Origin: Squalus acanthias
Lineage: Eukaryota
Assembly: GCA_030390025.1 (NCBI GenBank)
Contig: CM059432.1
Location: forward strand, 147,624,001 to 147,688,000
Direction: 5' to 3'
Length of the DNA: 64,000 nt
Within the stretch, counting starts at the first letter, position 1. Each line of letters opens with the position of its first letter. A program made the position numbers and the translations under genes. This document shows positions 37,083 to 51,242 of this stretch, in pieces. The notes under the pieces were generated by a model. It ran no database searches. It had not been told where the DNA came from and worked only from the letters and a program-made list of their open reading frames with translations.

Positions 37083-37671
37083 ATAGAGTTATAGAATCAT
37101 ACAGCACAGAAGGAGACCATTCAGCCCATTGTGCCTGCGTCAAGTCTTTGAAAGTGCTGTCCAATTAGTCCCACTCCGCTGCAATTTTTTCCTTTTTAAG
37201 GATATGTCCATTTTTCTTTTCAAAGTTACTATTGAACCTGTTTCCACCACCCTTTCACGCAATGCATTCCAGATCATCATAACTCGCTGAGTAAAAAAGA
37301 TTCTCCTCATCTCCCCCTGGCTTTTTTTCCAATTGTCTTAAATCTGTGTCGTTTGGTTACTGACCGTCCTGCCAGTGGAAACAGTTTCTCCTTATCTACT
37401 CTATTAAAACCCTTCATCATTTTGAACATCTCTATTAAATCTACCCTTAACCTTTTTGCTCTAAGGAGAACAATCCTAGCTTCTCTAGTCTGCCCACAAA
37501 ACCGAATTCCCTCACTCCTGGGACCATTCTAGTAAATCTCCTCTGCACCCTCTCCAAGGCCTTGACATCCTTCCTAAAGTGCAGTGCCCAGAATTGGAAA
37601 CAATACTCTAACTGAGGTCTAACCAGTGATTTATAAAGGTTTACCATAACTTCCTTGTTTTTATAATCTAT
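37083..37671 (-). mobile_element. CR1 3' fragment, resumes at ~39361-39555
   Basis: LYKSLVRPQLEYCFQFW; continuation atttataaagcc at ~39370. Confidence 0.85.
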
Positions 37672-39360
37672 GGGGAGATATTAGACACTGTAGCGCTGAT
37701 TTTTTAGGCACTGTGTGGCCTCCCAATGCTCACAAACGGTGCCTGAGATGCGCGCACACTTCTGACGGGAGGTGCGCCGGACGCCATCTTGGTAAAGGGG
37801 ATTGCGTGCATGCGCACCTAACAATCGCCGGCAGCATGCAGAGCAGGCAGATTGTAACGTCAATCAGTGTGCAATGCTGACTTGACGCCAGTGCTGCCAT
37901 TTTTGAACACCACGCTCCAGCCTATGCACCGTCATAACTACTCACAGCCGAACACGATGTTAAACAGCGTGAAGGACCCCCCACCAGCGCTTACTTAAAG
38001 GGATCATGAACTACTTCCAGGGTAGTTGCTGCATTATTTCTTCTAGCTGCTGGTGCAATTGTACGTGTTTTTGGAGCTTTCCTATACGTGCCTAAAGTTT
38101 CAATAGTCTACAGGGAGTGATCTGGCTGTTACTGAAGTACTTTGATGTTCATTTAAAAGCTTGCGCTGAAACAAGTTGCTTCCAGACATGGGTGGCCTGG
38201 TAGGCCTTGCTCTTGGAATTGAGCATGACTGGACAATGAAGAGAGGCCACGAAGAGCAGGCTTTCAACAGTGCTAAGTGTGTGGGGATGAGATAAAGCAT
38301 ATGGATTGTAGGGTTGAGTACTGATTGATAGAGATTGTTGGTAGGTGGGCGATGGGGATGCAGTGAATTGAGCAGTGGATGGTGCTCGAGGTGCAATTGG
38401 TAGAATGTGCCATTTGAAGATGAACTCACTCATGTTGACAACTCGTGGGATTGTTGAACTTCTTCCTGCACTGCATCCATGTTCTTGGAGTAACACTCCA
38501 TCAGTACTTGTTCCCACTGTCTCCTGAGTATTTGTCTGGAGGGCCTCCTGCTGCCCCCCCCACCACCTCCCCACCCCCCACTGTGGATACAGGACAACTC
38601 TCCTTCTTTCCACCGCTTCCACCAACACCTCCAGTGCAGCGTCTGAAAACTTGGTACTCGCTCTCTCGCATATTCAGCGAACTGTCAGACAACAGATTCA
38701 GTTTTCAAATGACCCCCACCACTTCTTGCAGCCACAATGCACCTCCCCTTTAAGAGGTGCAGGCTGCCTTTAAGTATAGCTAGCCACTCATGATATCAGG
38801 CCCCCTGCTGATGCGTGCAGGTAAGGAACAGCACGGGTAGCGCTGGCTGAATGCAACAATCGTGTAAAGCAGCAAGCAGCACGAATTTACTCTGTTATCT
38901 GGAACGCAATTAACAGGCACAGGTTAACTGCGTACCATGATCCCCATGCTCATTTTTGAGGGTTAGCCAATTTAAGAACATAAGAACATAAGAAATAGGA
39001 GCTGGAGTCGGCTATTTGGGCCTTTGAGCCTGCTCCGCCATTCAATGAGATCATGGCTGATCTTCTACCTCATCTCCACTTTCCCGCACTATCCCCATAT
39101 CCCTTGATTCCCTTAATATTCAAAAATCTATCAATCTCTGTCTTGAATATACTCAACGACTGAGCCTCCACAGCCCTCTGGGGCAGAGAATTCCAAAGAT
39201 TCACCACCCTCTGAGTGAAGAAATTTCTCCTCATCTCAGTCCTAAATGGCCGACCCCTTATTCTGAGACTGTGACCCCTGGTTCTAGACTCCCCAGCCAG
39301 GGGAAACATCCTCCCTGCATCTACCCTGTCAAGCCTTGTAAGAATTTTGTACGTCTCCCC
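37672..39360 (-). mobile_element. Internally deleted Harbinger with a nested CR1 (~38974-39349, minus strand)
   Basis: Left end GGGGAGATATT. Myb exon 1 remnant on - at ~38430-38671. Right end aattt...tctcccc is split by the CR1 piece. Confidence 0.75.
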
Positions 39361-40906
39361 AGAGTGTCGATTTATAAAGCCAATGATCACGTATTTTTTT
39401 TTAAACAGCTTCAACAACTTGTCCTTCCACCTTCAAAGATTTGTGGATGTGAATCTCCAGTTCCTGTACCCCCTTTAAAGTTTTACCATTTAGTTTATAT
39501 TGCCTCTCCTCATTTTTCCTTCCAAAATGCATCACTTCACACATCTCCATTTAAAATTCTTAATATCTGAAGCCAAACTGTGTCGAATTCCAGATAAATA
39601 TGCAATTGATTTGCACATGTGATCTTGAAGTACTAAAGCTGCCATTTCATTCGTAGCCATTCCAGGGTCAATTTGACTCAGTTGGTCATTCTCTCACCTC
39701 GGAGTCAGAAAGTAGTTTGCCCAAGCCCCACTCCAGGAATGCGACACATAATCTCAGATGAAACTCCAGTGTAGGACTGAAGGAGTTTTGTCAAACCTCT
39801 GTAAATCGGCTGCCACATCTGCCTACATAACAACACTGCCTGCACTTTAAAAAGTAACCATTATTACGTTGGCAGATGTGGCAGCCAATTGACACACCGT
39901 AAGGTCCCACAAATAAAATGAATGAATCTTATCCTGTTTATCTGTCAGAATATTCCTGTTCAAGTAACCATCAGCACATGCATCCTCCTTTACAACAGGC
40001 ATTCTGGTCAGGTTTTCACATCAACTTTTCATGTGTGCTTCTGACAGGAAGATAATGCTGTTAAGGTGACAGGCTAGATGGAGTTTTAACCAAAAAATAG
40101 CACGGTAGAAATTGGTTTAAGCCTGATTTCAGGCACAAACTGTGCTCGTTCACGTGATCACAACTAAGGCATCAAATGGGTCACCCTGATTAATTAAATA
40201 ATATAGGTGTGTTGTCAGTCCTACTCGCGCTGTTCATTGGCAGCTCGCCTAATGGGGGGCATCAATAGTGCATGTTACTGATGCCATTTAAAGGTAGCCT
40301 ACACCTTTGAAAGTGGAGGTGCATATTGGCTGCAAGCAACTATAACTAAGAATTGTGGGCAATGGCAATCACAGAGAAGACGCAAGGGCCTACCGTTTAT
40401 CAGACACTGCGCCGGAGGTTTTTGGTGGAGGAGGTCAGCGGGAGGAGGGGCGTCTTCTGTCTACCAGGTGGCAGGAAGATATCAAGGCAAGCTGCCCGGT
40501 ATGAGTGGGCAGAGGCGGCAGAGGGGGTCAGTGCCAGAAATATTACCCCAGCTCATGGCTGTAATGCATGAAAAAGTTGAATGATCTAATGAGGCTAAGG
40601 TAAGCCTCCTAACTCATATCTATCATTACTCTTTGGTTCACCTGTTGCCCCAGCACTCAGTCCCCTTCATTTCCTTTGAAATTCCAGCACTCTCCTACAA
40701 TCACTGCAGCACACTTCACTCAACCTCCTTCAGCTCCTACTGCAGCAGTCTGCACCAGTTACTCTCCTCACCATTACTTCGTTCACCTCCTCACTTCTCT
40801 GCCATTTTTCACACACAAGCAACACCCTGACGTGCATGTCCTCAAAATGTTGCACTACACTCACACTGACACACTTCCTACTTTGTTGCAGGGCAAGGCG
40901 GCACAC

Positions 40907-41390
40907 TGGATGAGTGCAGTTCCAACAACACTCAAGAAGCTCGACTCCATCCAGGACAAAGCAGCCCGCTTGATTGGCACCCCATCCACCACCTTAAACA
41001 TTCACTCCCTCCACCACCAGTGTACCGTGGCTGCAGTGTGTACCATCTACCAGATGCACTGCAGCAACTTGCCTAGGCTTCTTCGGCAGCACCTCCCAAA
41101 CCCGCGACCTCTTCCACCTAGAAGAACAAGGGCAGCAGGCGCATGGGAACACCACCACCTCCAAGTTCCCCTCCAAGTCACACACCATCCTGACTTGGAA
41201 GTATATCGTCGCTGGGTCAAAATCCTGGACCTCCCTCCCTAACAGCACTGTGGGAGTACCTTCACCACACGGACTGCAGCGGTTCAAGAAGGCGGCTCAC
41301 CACCACCTTCTCAAGGGGCAATTAGGGATGGGCAATAAATGCTGGCCTTGCCAGCGACGCCCATATCCCATATACGAATTTTAAAAAAAT
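40907..41390 (+). mobile_element. CR1/L2-group LINE 3' fragment inserted in Myb exon 2
   Basis: WMSAVPTTLKKLDSIQ; same 3' end as 31745-34054. Confidence 0.85.
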
Positions 41391-41775
41391 AACAGGGAGC
41401 AGGCTGCCACAGGAGGGAGGGCCACACTTCATCCATATACTGTCCCCACTTGTAGAACAGGGACATTGTGGGCACAGGGTGTGTCAGGAGCATGGCATCT
41501 GGCGAAACTGGAGGAGAAGTCCTGCAGGGTTTTAAACCATCTTCCCCTTGTTCCCTTCTCACTTAATGTCTCATCCATACATATTGTGGATAACAAATTG
41601 CTGCTTCTTTCAGAAGCCACTCATTTGTCTCTGCCTACTGCCCTCAGGGAGCAGAAGAAAAAAAGAGGTCAGCACTGCATAACACTAATCGTCACTTGAC
41701 CTGACACTGTGCACAGTTCAGAGGGTAGGCTATAGGGCTCGGCATGTGAAGATTCACCCAGCACTGGTGCACAGT

Positions 41776-42480
41776 CGTCACAAAAAGTTAGCCTGCAGGT
41801 ACAGCAGGTAATTAGGAAGGCAAATGGAATGTTGGCCTTTATTGCAAAGGGAATGGAGTATAAAAGTAGGGAAGTCCTGTTACAACTGTACAGGGCGTTG
41901 GTGAGACCACACCTGGAGTACTGCGTACAGTTTTGGTCTCCTTATTTAAGGAAGGATATACTTGCATTGGAGGCAGTTCAGAGAAGGTTCACGAGGTTGA
42001 TTCCGGAGATGAGGGGGTTGATTTATGAAGAAAGGTTGAGCAGGGTTGGGCCTATACTCATTGGAATTTAGAAGAATGAGAGGTGATCTTATTGAAATAT
42101 ATAAGATACTGAGGGGGCTCGACAGGGTAGATGCAGAGAGGATATTTCCCCTCGTGGGGGAATCTAGAACTAGGGGGCATAATTTCAGAATAAGGGGGCA
42201 CCCTTTTAAATCGGAAATGAGGAGGAATTTCTTCTCTCAGAGGGTCGTGAATCTGTGGAATTCTCTGCCCCAGAGAGCTGTGGAGGCTGGGTCATTGAAT
42301 ATATTTAAGGTGGAGATAGACAGATTTTTGAACGATAAGGGAGTGATGGGTTATGGGGGGCGGGCAGGGAAGTGGAGTTGAGGCCAAGATCAGATCAGCC
42401 ATGATCTTATTGAATGGCGGAGCAGGCTCGAGGGGCCAAATGGCCGACTCCTGCTCCTACATCTTATGTTCTTAGTTCTT
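41776..42480 (+). mobile_element. CR1 3' fragment, very similar to 1500-2214
   Basis: ORFs 41829-42071 and 42046-42381. Confidence 0.93.
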
Positions 42481-45423
42481 AAAAGGGCAGGAGAAATAGG
42501 ACGGCCCAAGAGGCAGCTCGCCAGAGGGAGAGCTCGCATCCTAGTCCTGCAACAGAGGGTACAGATGGAGACATCAAGGGCCTGCCGTACATAAGAAGAC
42601 TGATGGCAATCCCCACAGGCCTTCTAAATGCATTGGACTCCCATCAAGCTTGTGCTAATGTTGGAGAGCATAGAGGAGTCCAACTCCCACTTGTGTGCTG
42701 TCTTTGCGCACGGCATCGAAACCTTGCAGTCAAACATGGAGCGAGTGGTCATTTTTCTGAGCACTGCAGGGGGCCCAACAGTGATGGCAGCTCTGGCAGC
42801 TCTGATGGGAGCTCAGACTGCTGCCATCTTGGCTCTGGGGTCCAACATCACCTTTGGCTTACAAAGCCTGGATACAGAGCGTGGATAGCGGCTTCGAGAG
42901 CCTCCCAGCATGCCTGCACGCTGTTCTCGTGCAGAACAGCGGGAGCACTAAAGCTCAGGTCCCTCAGAGTGACATTGGTTCAATGGGAAAGGCACCTACT
43001 GTCCTCTCTCAGAATGACAGCATGTCTGCTCCCACACCAGCCTCTCAGCCGGCGTTCTGAGTGATGCTAGACAGTCAGCTAGGCCAGACTCTCCCAGTGA
43101 AAGCTGAGTCCCAGCAGTCTGCAGCCAGGTCCTCAAGAGCCACAGCTCCTCAAGGTCACCTGCAACGGCCATCTCAAGTGCCCTCAGCAGACGTTCAGTT
43201 CAGCAGCCTTCCACCTCCCAAACTGTAACCACTGAAGAGCCACCTCATAGGAACACTAGAATAAGTAACCGAGGACAGAAGACAGGCACTAGGGCTTTGC
43301 ACAAGGGTGATTTGTAGACAGGCATCAGTCATGTAACCATTCATCAAATCAAGGATGGAGTCTGTTGGAGCAGTGATAAAATGTGTTACGGTCGAGCTGC
43401 TGGTCTCCATGTGTGTTCCTGTTACATCACTAAGATTATGAAGTTGTACATTTTGCGGGCATTGATATGGTGGGTGTCAGGACTGGGTCAGATGGAAGGA
43501 GGGAGTGTTGGTGCTCTGGGGAGGAGAGGGATGGTTGAGGAGAATCACTCCTCCATAATGTGCTGCCTTACATCTCTGGCAGCTCGTTGTACTGCTGGGC
43601 CATGATCGTCATCCCCTTTTTCATCTTCCTGCTCCACTTCTTCCTCCTCAGGCAGCTGCAAGGCAACGGCACTTTGGATGCCAATATTGTGAAGGATGCA
43701 GCAACCATGATGAATCTTGACACTCACTCTAGGCAGTACTGAAGGACCCGTCCTGAGCAGTCCAGACAGCAGAACCGTAGTTTCTGGACGCCAGCGGTTT
43801 GCTCAATCAGAACTCTTGTTGCTGCATGGCTCTCATTATATCAGCGCTCTGAGTCCGTGCCCGGATTCCCGAGAGGAGTCATGAGTCAGTTGGTGAGGGG
43901 ATAGTCCTTGGTCCCCAATTCACTGGATGGAACAGAGGGTGTATTGAGGACTGGCGCATGATGACTACTGGCAGGAAGGCGGGCACAGACCTGCTTGAGT
44001 CGCTGCCTGTGGCCAGAAACAAGTTGAACATTGAGCAAATGGAAGCCCTTCCTGTTCAGTAACAGCTGGTTCCCGATGGGGAGCTCGCAGTGCCATGTGC
44101 GTGCGGTCTATGGAGCCCTGCACTGCGCGATTCCAGCAATGCAGTCAAATCCCAGTGCTCTTCCTTTCTGCTAGTCAGCCTCCCTGCGGAAGCTGATGAA
44201 CTGTTGCCACCTCACAAACAGCGCATCAGTGACCTTCCGGATCACCATGTGGAAATGAACTGCTGTTGCTGATGGCACCAAAAGCAGCTTGGAATGAGAG
44301 AGAGAGACATAAAGGTTTAGAGCCACGGCGACCTTCACTGCCGAAGCCAATGCATTGTTTGTTGTGATGTTGGGCTCCAATTCTCACTCCAACAGATGGC
44401 GCAGGTAAGTGACTGTCTCCTTGTTGAAACACAGTCGCCTTACACACTGCTCCTCTGTGAGATTCAGGTATGATGTTCTGTTCTTGCAAAACCCACTTGC
44501 CAAAAAGACTCCTTTGCCCTCTTCTTGCAGTCTGTGCCGGTCTTTGCTGCCTTTACTTGCTGATTTGGGAGCCCGAGAGCTGAGCCCAGCAGCAATCCCC
44601 ATGTTCAGCAATTCTGAACAAGAAAATTCAGGGGAAACAGTTGTAGCCCTCCACAAATGGCACGCGGCAAAACTACTTAACAGCAAAAAACATTATCCAA
44701 AAACAGCTAAAAACCTGGTTCCAAAGCACAGTAGCAGCCTGAAACGTAACTTGATGGAGCGGAGGATCCCTTCAAAGGCCGTTTGTGGGAGCCGCTTGCC
44801 GACTGATTGGCGGGGCGGGTTTACGAAGTGGCGTGTCAAGCGCGCACGGTCACCCAGTTAGCCAGAGCGTCCTGATACAAGCACAGAGCCCTTACTGGCA
44901 GATTTAAATGATGCCTGTGTTTGTTGCAGGCAGCCACCCAGGACACCTATTGAGTGCCGGGACCAATATTGTGTCGTGCGCGCTGACGCCGGCGTTCCGA
45001 CGCGCTGCAGCATTTGACACTGCGGCGCCCAATTTTGGACCCGGAAAACGTGCGAAACGCACAGCAATTTCCACCCCAACAGCTGTGATACCCTCTGTAA
45101 AACTGCACGTTCCTTTTTGGATCATGAATCTACATTTTGTCAGTTATTTTTTTTCCTCCCAATTCCCTCCTTTATGTCTTTCACTGTCAACCAACCACCT
45201 CCCAGCCTTCATTCACCAAGGGAGCTATGGGCAGCAGAGGATGCACAAGTGCGACTCTACCCGAAACCATCTCCTGATAGCACAGACCAGATCGAGAAAT
45301 CAATGGGTGGAAATGATGATTGACTGCTCACTAAGCACCACTCCACCTTGGAGCCCCAGTACACACTGTGCCAGATTCAACATTTTGCTTTCACATTCAT
45401 TTCAGATACAAAAATAAACTCAC

Positions 45424-45475
45424 CTCATATATTCTTGTACAGACATGTTTTGCATTCCACTTGGATATAGAGTAG
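45424..45475 (-). CDS. ITPRID1: ITPRID1-like coding exon (TLYPSGMQNMSVQEYMR)
   Basis: Acceptor ccccgacag, donor GTGAGT, 52 bp. Resembles recalled SLYEQGMVQMTVKDYMR. Confidence 0.85.
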
Positions 45476-46199
45476 CTGTCGGGGAGTGGGAAAAAAAATT
45501 TCGCAAAGCATTTACTTGAGAAATAGATTCCAGCGAATTGTCTGACATGAATTCAGTTATAAATACATTGCAAGCATTGTGTAACGTTTCCCGCTGCACA
45601 CGGAGACATTCATGGAACATTGCACAGTGTGACTGCGGCTGCCCACGGCTCCCCTATTTGTAATCCACACTTGCAATACGGGTTGGCAGTGCAGCCAGGC
45701 GATGGGGGAATCAACTTGCAAAAGCTTATCCATGCACCTAATTTCCAGCTGATGAATCCGGGCCGTGGTCTGGACCCTTGGAGAACCCATTAATGTTGTG
45801 CCGTGCCAGAGACAGAGCTCAGCATTTACAGGGTTTAGGCAAGTGATTCACTTCTGCAGCGCTGATCTGTCCCAACAGAAGTGAAATTCAAAAACAAACA
45901 AACTTTTTGTTTTCTGTTGCAAGGAGGGCCCGTTCCCTGTTGGGAGCGTCTCCATTCCATGTATAAATCTCATCTAAATAGCCACAACGGTGACTATGAC
46001 ATCACAATTGCTTCCTTAACAGTGCAGTGTACACGCTCGCTTGAAGGCCTGAAAATGCATGTCCACTAATGCAGAGATAAAATCATACATCTTGGCATCT
46101 AGGACAAATTCTGGAAAGCTTCCCAGTGCCCTGTCGCAACATAATCAAGCAACAGTTTTACTTCTGTTTGAATACAACATTTCAAATCTGGCATGGTAA

Positions 46200-46630
46200 T
46201 GAGCAGGCTGGGCCTATACTCACTGGAATTTAGAAGAATGAGAGGTGATCTTATTGAAACATATAAGATACTGAGGGGGCTCGACAGGGTAGATGCAGAG
46301 AGGATGTTTCCCCTCGTGGGGAAATCTAGAACTGCGGGGGCATAGTTTCAGAATAAAGGGTCGCCCTTTTAGGACTGAGATGAGGAGGAATTTCTTCTCT
46401 CAGAGGGTCGTAAATCTGTGGAATTCTCTGCCCCAGAGAGCCGTGGAGGCTGGGTCATTAAATACATTTAAGGTGGAGATAGACAGGGTTTTGCAAGATA
46501 AGGGAGTGAAGGGTTATGGGGAGCGGGCAGGGGAGTGGCATTGAGCCCAAGATCAGCCATGATCTTATTGAATGGTGGAGCAGGCTCGAGGGGCCGAGTG
46601 GCCTACTCCTGCTCCTTATTTCTTATATTT
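46200..46630 (+). mobile_element. CR1 3' fragment
   Basis: RRNFFSQRVVNLWNSLP plus 3' UTR. Confidence 0.9.
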
Positions 46631-48908
46631 TTATAAAGATGAACCCTAAGAGGCTTGCCAATGCATCATGTGCTATCTAACTAAGTCATGCAGATCAGGA
46701 GGGTCCCAGAGCAGCCTGTGCATGGCAACACTCAGAGAGGCTCAGAATCTTTGTCCTGGGGGTCCCCTCGCACGATCGTTACCGTGCGTCTGCCTACATA
46801 TGGGGTGGGTGCAGTTTCCTCCAAACAGGACCAGCCAGCAGAAAATGGTGGCGAGATAGGGGGTGCAGCGGAGCACTTCCCCAAGTTGCTATCCACCTAT
46901 ACTGCCCCCGAACCACCGAGAAATGGCCAGGGGCGGGGGGGGAGGGGTGGGGAGGTGGAAGAAGAGGAAGGAAGAATTGAGGAGAAGGAGGAGGAGGAGG
47001 AGAAAGATAAACCCTGTAACACTCACCTTCTACACCCAGCATTAAGTCATCTTCTGTGCTGCTCATCCTCCTCATGATGCCTGGTGGGCCAGACATAATA
47101 GTTTATCACTGTGTCATTGCAAGCCAAACTTTGTTCTCAGAAGTAATAGTGGTTCAGGTTAACTAACAGAGAGTCTTTCAATAACTTTGCAGCAAGTAGT
47201 GTTCTATTTGGAAGTGTAGATGCAGCTTTTGGCAATACAACAACAAAAATGACTTTTCCACCAACCCACCCTTACTGCATTTGTGATCTGGTCACAGGGC
47301 CGGCCATTGAACTGCTCAAATGATAGAAACTCAGCTTTGGTTCAGCTTCATCTCAAGGTGGGACACGTGCTTGTGACCAGCACGGGGGAAGTGAGGGTGG
47401 CACGTGAGGGGTAATTTCACGCTCCTGGCAGGAAGTCTCGGCTGAACCTCCGCGTGCTCCCGAAGGCTGAGTCTCCCTGCAGGAGCTCAAAGATAGAATA
47501 CTGTCCCTGCCATTTAAAAGGTATTTCTGGGAACGATAGTGCTCTACGTTAAGTTGATTATTCGCCCACCCAGTCAGGGAATGATGTGGAATGAAGATGA
47601 AAGTGGATTGCTTTTATTTTTAGGTTTACTTTTAACTTTTGCTCTTCATTCCCTTTGCTTCGTTCCTTGAGCCACATCCCTTTCCTTGCTGGATACAATC
47701 ATTTGCGGACCCGCTCCCAGATCTATGATACTGCCACTGTGAGCTGAGCTTTGGGGAGATACACAGGAGTGATCCAAAATGACTGCCTATTTGACCTTTC
47801 CTGCACCCCTTAGTAGAGCAGCCCTTCAGTCTGCACCTCTAGTGAGCTCTGTCAGCCTTGGCAGAAAGCAGCATCAAAATAGGTAAAGACAATGACCTAA
47901 GAGGACATGCTGGTGGGCCGACTTCATGTAGTAGTGAATCTGTATTGAAATTAAAGATTAAGAGCGATGGCAGGGGTTGAGATTGAAGGGACAAGTGGTG
48001 GCAGGAGCTCTCAACTGTAAGACTAACTGGATAAGTTTTCCCACTATGTGGTATCTGAGCCAAATACATCTGAGGTGCATCAAAGACCGATGACAGTACT
48101 GGGATTGCCAGCCATCCAGTTTTGAATTATGCAGTCCTGCTGTGGACTGGAATGTGTGGAAAATTCCAAGAATGCACACTAAGCACTCAAATTCTGGTTT
48201 GTAAAATAGACGAGAGTTTTTTTTTCTCTGCGTCTTACGGTAGGAGGGCTTCAGGTATTAAGGGTACCAGGTGAATTTTCATCTGCGGCAGAGCAAACAT
48301 CAGAAGGGAGATTTTCCTCAGTCCGTGCCCAAGATCACTGGAATGTTGTAAAGGAAACCACCCAAGAAAATCACCACTCGGAACTTCAACCATGATTCCA
48401 GCACCTTTCTGAGGCCCTGCGCTGGACCTGTTACAAGGTGACAACCTTAAGCAATACTTCCTTCCTACCCCAGAGTTGAATTATTTTGTTGAAGGGATTC
48501 AAGGCTTTTGGTTTTTTTTGAGTGGGCATGTGGTTAGGCTGCTTTCAGATCTCTCGCTGGCCAGCCAGTGTAAAAGGGTGAGACAGCAACCAAAAAACAA
48601 CTCTGCATCTTCGATGCAGCACTCACCTGCTCAGCGTAGCTACAGATCGGGAGCGGAGGGTTGTTTTCAAATCCCTCCCTGGCCTCGCCCCTCCCTACCT
48701 TTGTAACCTCCTACAGCCCTACAACCCCCCCAAAATCTTTGCATTGCTCCCATTCTGGCCTTCTGCACATCCCCGATTTTAAGGTGGCATAGCCTCAGGA
48801 TAAGGGGTCGGCAATTTAAGACTGAGATGAGGAGCAATTTCTTCAAACCAAAGGGTTGTGGATGCTGAGTCATTGAGCATATTCAAGGCTGAGATAGATA
48901 GATTTTTG

Positions 48909-49569
48909 GGGGTAAAAATTGGGTAGCGCCCCGAAAATGGTCAGCGCCCCCATGGCCGATTTTCCCAGGTAGCGCCCCGAGAGGGAGGAGGGGCGCTACT
49001 GGAAGCGCCCCACGTCCCTCTTGAGGCGCTGCGAGCCAATATCGTGGCGCTATGCACTGCGGCACGTCGCGCCGCGGTACTGCAGGCCTTCCTCCCCTTA
49101 TCAAGAGGAGTGCTGGGCTCACGGAGAGCAGCCGGCACCCCGCAGGGGGGCTGCACGGGGGCCGGGGACAGCAACGGGGGCAGGTGTTGGCAGGCGGCCA
49201 GCAACAAAAATGGCCGCCCGCCACATCCTCTTTAACTAGCGCCGCCCTGGCCGCAGGTAGGCCGGCGGTAAGTCGGGGGGGGGGCGCCACCCAATATTAC
49301 AGCCGGGGCACGAGCGGGGCGCTACGCACGGCGATGACGTCATTACCGGCGGCACAGCGCCGCGCAGCGCTAATGGTTAACGCCGCCGCTAACCTCCCAC
49401 TGAATTTCGCGGGAGGCATTAGCGGCGCTGCGCCCAGGCGCTAGTCGATTTGCGCCCAGGCGCTAGTCGATTTGCGCCCAGGCGCTAGTCGATTTGCGCC
49501 CAGGCGCTAGTCGATTTGCGCCCTGTTAGGGCGCTAACGGGAGGCGCAAATCAACCGAATTTAGCCCCC
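48909..49569 (+). mobile_element. GC-rich Harbinger MITE inserted in a CR1 3' fragment
   Basis: TIRs GGGGTAAAAATT / AATTTAGCCCCC, TSD TTG. Reverse-complement relative of 20619-21355. Confidence 0.9.
49429..49523 (+). repeat. 22-bp tandem repeat, 4 copies plus a partial
   Basis: Unit tgcgcccaggcgctagtcgatt. Confidence 0.95.
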
Positions 49570-50984
49570 TTGGAGTCTAGAGGAATCAAGGGATATGGGG
49601 ATCAGGCGGGCAAGTGGATTTGATGTCGATGATCAGCCATGATCTTATTGAATGGCGGAGTAGGCACAAGGGTCATATGGCCTACTCCTGCTCCTAATTC
49701 TCATGTTCCTTATGTTCCTTAATCACGCCACCAGTGGTGGGCGTGCCTTCATCTGCTGAGGCTCTAAGCTCTGGAATTCCCTCCCTAAACCTCTTAGCCT
49801 CTCTTCCTCTCTCCTCCTCCTTTAAGAGGCTCCTTAAAACCTATTTCTTTTGATCAAGCTTTTATTCACCTGTCCTAACATCTCCTTATGTGGCTTGCTG
49901 TCAAATTTTGTTTGATAATCGCTCCTGTGAAGCACCGTGAGGTGTTATAGATGTTATATAACTGCCACTACACCACCCCCCACCTCCAAGTCTCATGCCT
50001 AAGCAGGACTCTTTAATTTTGCTCTGGTGGATACGTTGGGCTTGAAAATGAAAAATTCCTGTTAATAGCAGAGCCATGGTGACTGACATGAATCTGTCAT
50101 TCATGAAAGAAAGACGTATGAAGTAATACTGAGTGGCCTGCTGGTGGCGCTCTTCAGGGAGAGTATAAATACTCGGGCACAGGCCCAGCTTGCGCAGGAC
50201 ATTCTTAACAGGAACTAGTGAAGGACACAACTAGACCTCCATCTTGTAAAACAGTTGATTAAAGCTTTGTTTAACGCTTAGACCAAGTGCCTAGTAGTTT
50301 TCTTACATCAGTGACCAGTCAAACTTCTGCATTGGTTTCTAAAACCCAATTAGCAATAAAAAAAAGATAAAATCTCACCCTAAGGCATTGTAATTTCAGG
50401 GGTAGTGAAACACATTGCATCTGTTATGCTGCCCTTCTGCCAGCTCTAATGATGCTGGCAAATTCTTGGGCACATATCCTAAAGAGCTTTTATAGCCAAC
50501 ACACGTGGAGAAGCAATTAACAGTATATTCTGTTATGGTGTTATGAATCAATAGTGCTTCATAAATGAAACATTGCTATAGTAACACTTTCAATACGGTT
50601 ACTGTTCTTACTGTTGAAAATGAAAGCTTTGTGCCTGTATTTGTGTAGAATTTGTTTGGTGAATTCGGTTGTCCATGGTGAGTTAGTTAGCCTCAGCCTA
50701 ACTGGTCCTACTGGTTCCAAATTAGGGAGAAGATAAAAAAAATCCATAAGCACTGCTCCCGATTGTTGCAGAATGTGCGTCTGTTGAAGAAGGACAAGCC
50801 TGGATTTTGGAGGGCAGTGTATCCAAGAGAGGAGAGATGAAAGGAGGCATGACGACAGGAGAGTGTGGTCAGGGAGGGATAGAGAGAAAAGGGAAATAGG
50901 GGGGAAAAGTGGAATGGCTCGGGTCCGGAGCAGCAGCCAAAGTGCGCACGCGAATGGACACGGGAAAAGCTCAGGGAATCGCTC

Positions 50985-51242
50985 AACCATTGGTGGCCGT
51001 GCCTTCTGTTGCCTGGGCCCTAAACTCTGGAATTCCCTGCCTAAACCTCTCCACCTCGCTACCTCTCTTTCCTCCTCTAAGACGCTCCTTAAAACCTACC
51101 TCTTTGACCAAGCTTTTGGTCACCTGCCCTAATTTCTCCTTATGTGGCTCGGTGTCAAATTTGTCATCTTAAAATACTCCTGTGCAGCGCCTTGGGACGT
51201 TTTACTATGTTAAAGGCGCTATATAAATACAAGTTGTTGTTG
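50985..51242 (+). mobile_element. L2 3' end (a second copy at ~49730-49960)
   Basis: GGRAFCCLGPKLWNSLP...LKTYLF; tail aaaggcgctatataaatacaagttgttgtt. Confidence 0.8.

Larger units (their letters stand above)
40102..45077 (+). mobile_element. Old two-gene Harbinger with nested LINEs
   Basis: Ends (ac)GGTAGAAATT / AATTTCCACCCC. Decayed Myb on +, decayed transposase on - at ~43545-44602 (AVKVAVALNL, CCILHN). Confidence 0.8.

Noticed and set aside
46640..47075. Possible further Harbinger transposase 3' remnant on +
   Set aside because: Only an acidic tract and faint similarity; too weak to call without an alignment.
48238..48338. Candidate extra ITPRID1 exon on the minus strand with a good acceptor and a GTAAGA donor
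   Set aside because: The exons at 51678 and 45475 already join in frame, and this segment does not fit their phase without a stop or shift.
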